From NCBI GenBank assembly GCA_944320855.1, contig CALUJF010000006.1:17399-81398 (forward strand): 64,000 nt of DNA, in the 5' to 3' direction. The translations under genes were made by a program, and so were the position numbers. The notes under the pieces are model-generated. The model made no database searches. It saw only the letters and a list, made by a program, of their open reading frames with translations, and was not told where the DNA came from. Every line of letters starts with the position of its first letter. Within the stretch, counting starts at the first letter, position 1. Below are positions 61,515-64,000 of the stretch, in pieces. The DNA comes from an uncultured Phocaeicola sp. GTDB lineage: Bacteria > Bacteroidota > Bacteroidia > Bacteroidales > Bacteroidaceae.

Positions 61515-62018
61515 ATGAAAAAGACAGGAATTTTTTATGGTTCCACTACAGGAACTACAGAGGCGGTAGCAGGAATAATTGCAGGTAAATTGGGAGTTTC
61601 TTCTGCTGATGTACATGATGTGAGCAAGATGACTGCGGAAATGGTAAACTCATACGATGTCCTTCTGTTGGGTACGTCTACATGGGGCGACGGAGAGTTG
61701 CAGGACGACTGGTACGACGGAATCAAACTCCTGAAAGGGCTTGACCTGAGCGGTAAGCTTGTCGGCCTGTTCGGATGTGGAGATTCGGAATCGTATGCAG
61801 ATACTTTCTGCGACGGAATGGGAATCATCTATGAAGATTTGAAAGGTACAGGATGTGAGTTTATAAATGGTGTGTCTGATGCTGATTATACTTACTCTTC
61901 GTCCGTAGCTGTTGTAGACGGACAGTTCGTAGGGCTTGCCATAGACGAGATGAACGAGAGCGGCAAGACTGATGGGAGAGTGACTGCGTGGACTGAACAT
62001 ATCAAGACATTATTGTAA
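61515..62018 (+). CDS. fldA: long-chain flavodoxin
   Basis: 167 aa. The FMN-binding N-terminus is GIFYGSTTGTTE, followed by LLLGTSTWGDGELQDDW. Confidence 0.9.
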   Translation: MKKTGIFYGSTTGTTEAVAGIIAGKLGVSSADVHDVSKMTAEMVNSYDVLLLGTSTWGDGELQDDWYDGIKLLKGLDLSGKLVGLFGCGDSESYADTFCDGMGIIYEDLKGTGCEFINGVSDADYTYSSSVAVVDGQFVGLAIDEMNESGKTDGRVTAWTEHIKTLL

Positions 62019-62046
62019 AGATATTTATACGTAAAACCTATAGCCT

Positions 62047-62415
62047 ATGATGATGCAGAATGTAAATCCTACGGACATGAAAGTGTTCCTGAACCATGTG
62101 TATGAGTTCAAGAAAGGTGTACGACAGATGGTGCTTTACACCATGAACAGGAGAAATCAGGAGTTTGCCGTGAACCGTCTGAAGAGACAGCGTATAAAGT
62201 TTATCATTCAGGAGGTAGACAATGAACGTATCAATCTGTTTTTCGGCAAGGACGAGTGTATCAATGCCATACGGATGATAGTTACACGTCCGCTGAATCA
62301 GCTGACACCGGAAGAGGATTTCATTTTGGGAGCCATGCTCGGGTATGACATTTGCGGACAGTGCAGGCGTTACTGCGACCGCAAGATGAGGAAAAAATGT
62401 GTTTTAATAAACTAA
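62047..62415 (+). CDS. DUF2023-like small protein
   Basis: 122 aa. VFLNHVYEFKKGVRQMVLYT and its position directly after flavodoxin match my recollection of DUF2023. The C-terminal Cys cluster is CGQCRRYC. Confidence 0.5.
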   Translation: MMMQNVNPTDMKVFLNHVYEFKKGVRQMVLYTMNRRNQEFAVNRLKRQRIKFIIQEVDNERINLFFGKDECINAIRMIVTRPLNQLTPEEDFILGAMLGYDICGQCRRYCDRKMRKKCVLIN

Positions 62416-62464
62416 AATCTTGCTCGTATTTGTATTTCAGTTCCAATCATACTATTTTTGCAAT

Positions 62465-62839
62465 ATGAAATACATATACAGTGTCATAGGCTTTGTTTCG
62501 GTGTTGTTAGGCATTATAGGAATCTTTCTTCCTGTATTGCCTACAACACCTTTCCTTTTATTGGCGGCTGCATTGTTTTTCCGCAGCTCGCCGCGTGCCT
62601 ATAAGTGGCTGACTGAGCATCCGCAGCTGGGACCTTATATAAAGAGTTTCCGCGAGGATAAGTCTATTCCTTTAAGAATCAAGATTATATCCGTAGGTAC
62701 ATTGTGGATTACTGCTGTACATTGTATTGTTTTTATTTTTGATACGTGGTGGCTAAAACTGTTTATGGGAGTACTTGCCACTTGCATTACACTTTATATT
62801 CTTTCTTTTAAAACTCGCAAAAACAAATGTCAAGACTAA
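62465..62839 (+). CDS. YbaN-family (DUF454) inner-membrane protein
   Basis: I prefer the ATG at 62465 over the TTG at 62420. GIFLPVLPTTPFLLLAAALFFRSSPRAYKWL is the DUF454 hallmark. A TAttTTTG box lies at 62453-62460. Confidence 0.7.
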   Translation: MKYIYSVIGFVSVLLGIIGIFLPVLPTTPFLLLAAALFFRSSPRAYKWLTEHPQLGPYIKSFREDKSIPLRIKIISVGTLWITAVHCIVFIFDTWWLKLFMGVLATCITLYILSFKTRKNKCQD

Positions 62840-63822
62840 ACTTCCTGTCGCGCCAGGATGCTATAAAGAGAATGAACTATTATGGCAGAAGAGGAATACC
62901 GTTCTTCTTTCTGATAGATTTCGATGAAAAGGACTGTATTGTAGAAGAACCGGGTAATCTGCCGGCTGATGAAATCCAGTTCAGTTTTCCGTCAGGTGGA
63001 AATTATGATGAAGAACCTGCAGTAATGAAAGGAACTTTCGCATGGGAACCGCATCCGCAGACGATAGAGGAATATTCCCGTTCGTTCGACACTGTATATA
63101 AGAATCTGTATGCCGGAAATTCATTTCTTACCAATCTTACTTGTGGCACACCGGTCAGAACCGACCTTACACTTGAAGATATATTCATTCACTCGCGTGC
63201 CAAGTACAGGCTGCTGATGAAAGACCGTTTCGTAATGTTCTCGCCTGAGATTTTTGTAAGGATTTCGGATGGTATGATTTATTCCTATCCTATGAAGGGA
63301 ACGATTGATGCAGCCTATCCTGAAGCGGCTTCTGTAATTCTGAATGATGTGAAAGAATCGGCTGAACATGCTACGATTGTGGATTTGATAAGAAACGATT
63401 TGAGCCGGATAGCATCGGAAGTGACTGTCACAAAGTACAGATATATAGATGAGGTTCAGACACACAACGGCACTTTTCTTCAGGTCAGTTCGGAAATAAG
63501 AGGGCGCTTGCCGGAGGGTTTTCGGGATACATTGGGAGATATGTTTTTCAGACTTCTGCCTGCCGGTTCAGTGACAGGAGCACCAAAGAAGAAAACAGTG
63601 GAAATAATACGTGAGGCTGAGACATACGACCGAGGATATTATACCGGAGTAACAGGTTACTTCGATGGGAAAAATCTTGACAGTGCGGTTATAATACGAT
63701 TTGTGGAACAGCAACCTGACGGCACTATGGTGTTCAAGAGTGGAGGAGGCATAACCTTCAAAAGTGATATGGAAAGCGAATATAAAGAGATGATTCGGAA
63801 AGTTTATGTACCGTTTTATTGA
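62827..63822 (+). CDS. pabB: aminodeoxychorismate synthase component I (short chorismate-binding type)
   Basis: 331 aa. Chorismate-utilising enzyme motifs are EHATIVDLIRND, PAGSVTGAPK and GYYTGVTGY. Confidence 0.8.
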   Translation: MSRLNFLSRQDAIKRMNYYGRRGIPFFFLIDFDEKDCIVEEPGNLPADEIQFSFPSGGNYDEEPAVMKGTFAWEPHPQTIEEYSRSFDTVYKNLYAGNSFLTNLTCGTPVRTDLTLEDIFIHSRAKYRLLMKDRFVMFSPEIFVRISDGMIYSYPMKGTIDAAYPEAASVILNDVKESAEHATIVDLIRNDLSRIASEVTVTKYRYIDEVQTHNGTFLQVSSEIRGRLPEGFRDTLGDMFFRLLPAGSVTGAPKKKTVEIIREAETYDRGYYTGVTGYFDGKNLDSAVIIRFVEQQPDGTMVFKSGGGITFKSDMESEYKEMIRKVYVPFY

Positions 63823-64000
63823 AACAATATGTATAAACGACGGAGTGATAGAGAATCTGTCTGCCCATGATGAGAGGATGAACAATACAATCCGTATGCA
63901 TTATGGGAGTTCTGTCATGCCGGTTTCATTGGAGGACTTTATAACTGCTGAAGGTTGTGAAGGAAGAACCCGTTGCCGTGTGGAATATACTTCAGCGGTA
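63806..64000 (+). CDS. pabC: 5' part of an aminodeoxychorismate lyase / class IV aminotransferase-like gene, running off the right edge
   Basis: From the ATG at 63806 the frame is open to the window end (MYRFIETICINDGVIENLSAHDERMNNTIRMHYG...). It overlaps pabB by 17 nt. The N-terminus resembles Bacteroides PabC-like proteins as I recall them. It is absent from the ORF track because no stop lies in the window. Confidence 0.55.
   Translation, partial: MYRFIETICINDGVIENLSAHDERMNNTIRMHYGSSVMPVSLEDFITAEGCEGRTRCRVEYTSAV

Noticed and set aside
1-64000. tRNA, rRNA, transposase, integrase, prophage or conjugation genes
   Set aside because: None of the intergenic regions showed cloverleaf-compatible sequence or rRNA-like conservation on visual inspection, and no ORF carried recombinase or transposase motifs. 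Small ncRNAs cannot be excluded without covariance-model searches.

Overview
This is a 64-kb chromosomal segment with Bacteroidales hallmarks. It is rich in lipobox surface proteins and type V pilin paralogues, carries DUF families typical of Bacteroidetes, has TAnnTTTG -7 boxes, and shows no Shine-Dalgarno signals. All family assignments are motif recognition by eye, since no searches could be run. Layout, left to right: (1) 1-680, the tail of an AbiEi-like gene plus a probable truncated partner. (2) 681-12099, a tightly packed seven-gene locus in which every product is exported: DUF4493-like and FN3/PCMD-type lipoproteins, two small outer-membrane beta-barrels, and a fimbrillin-like/M64-peptidase-like fusion with an aberrant zinc motif. 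(3) 12129-12238, a 5 x 22-bp tandem repeat. (4) 12591-23659, a nine-gene type V pilus-like operon: two DUF3575-like barrels, an Mfa2-like lipoprotein, four fimbrillin paralogues, a DUF3868/OmpA-like protein and a further barrel. (5) An orphan two-gene minus-strand module. (6) A LytTR two-component system next to a MacAB-TolC-type efflux operon. (7) A redox cluster: DUF4492-cydAB, thioredoxin, a Cys-rich DUF2892 protein, and oxyR with an OxyR-type operator. (8) An orphan AAA/DUF234 ATPase flanked by palindromic repeats. (9) Phosphoglucomutase, a MATE exporter and an SDR. (10) A lipoprotein gene translationally coupled to a 1425-aa PD-(D/E)XK nuclease plus SF1B helicase that has two unassigned domains; this is my top candidate for an undescribed system. 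(11) An AmpG / SpoIID-LytB / GT2-DUF4922 cell-wall-related triad. (12) A heparinase II/III-like / GH127 operon containing a serine-hydrolase gene interrupted by an in-frame TAG. (13) A DMP19-like gene, a lipoprotein, fldA, DUF2023, ybaN-like, pabB and the start of pabC. I recognised no rRNA, tRNA, CRISPR array, transposase or integrase. Three separate intergenic arrays share a 22-bp tandem period, each with an internal palindrome. Two intergenic sites share an 11-bp-phased GTTTAAA repeat.
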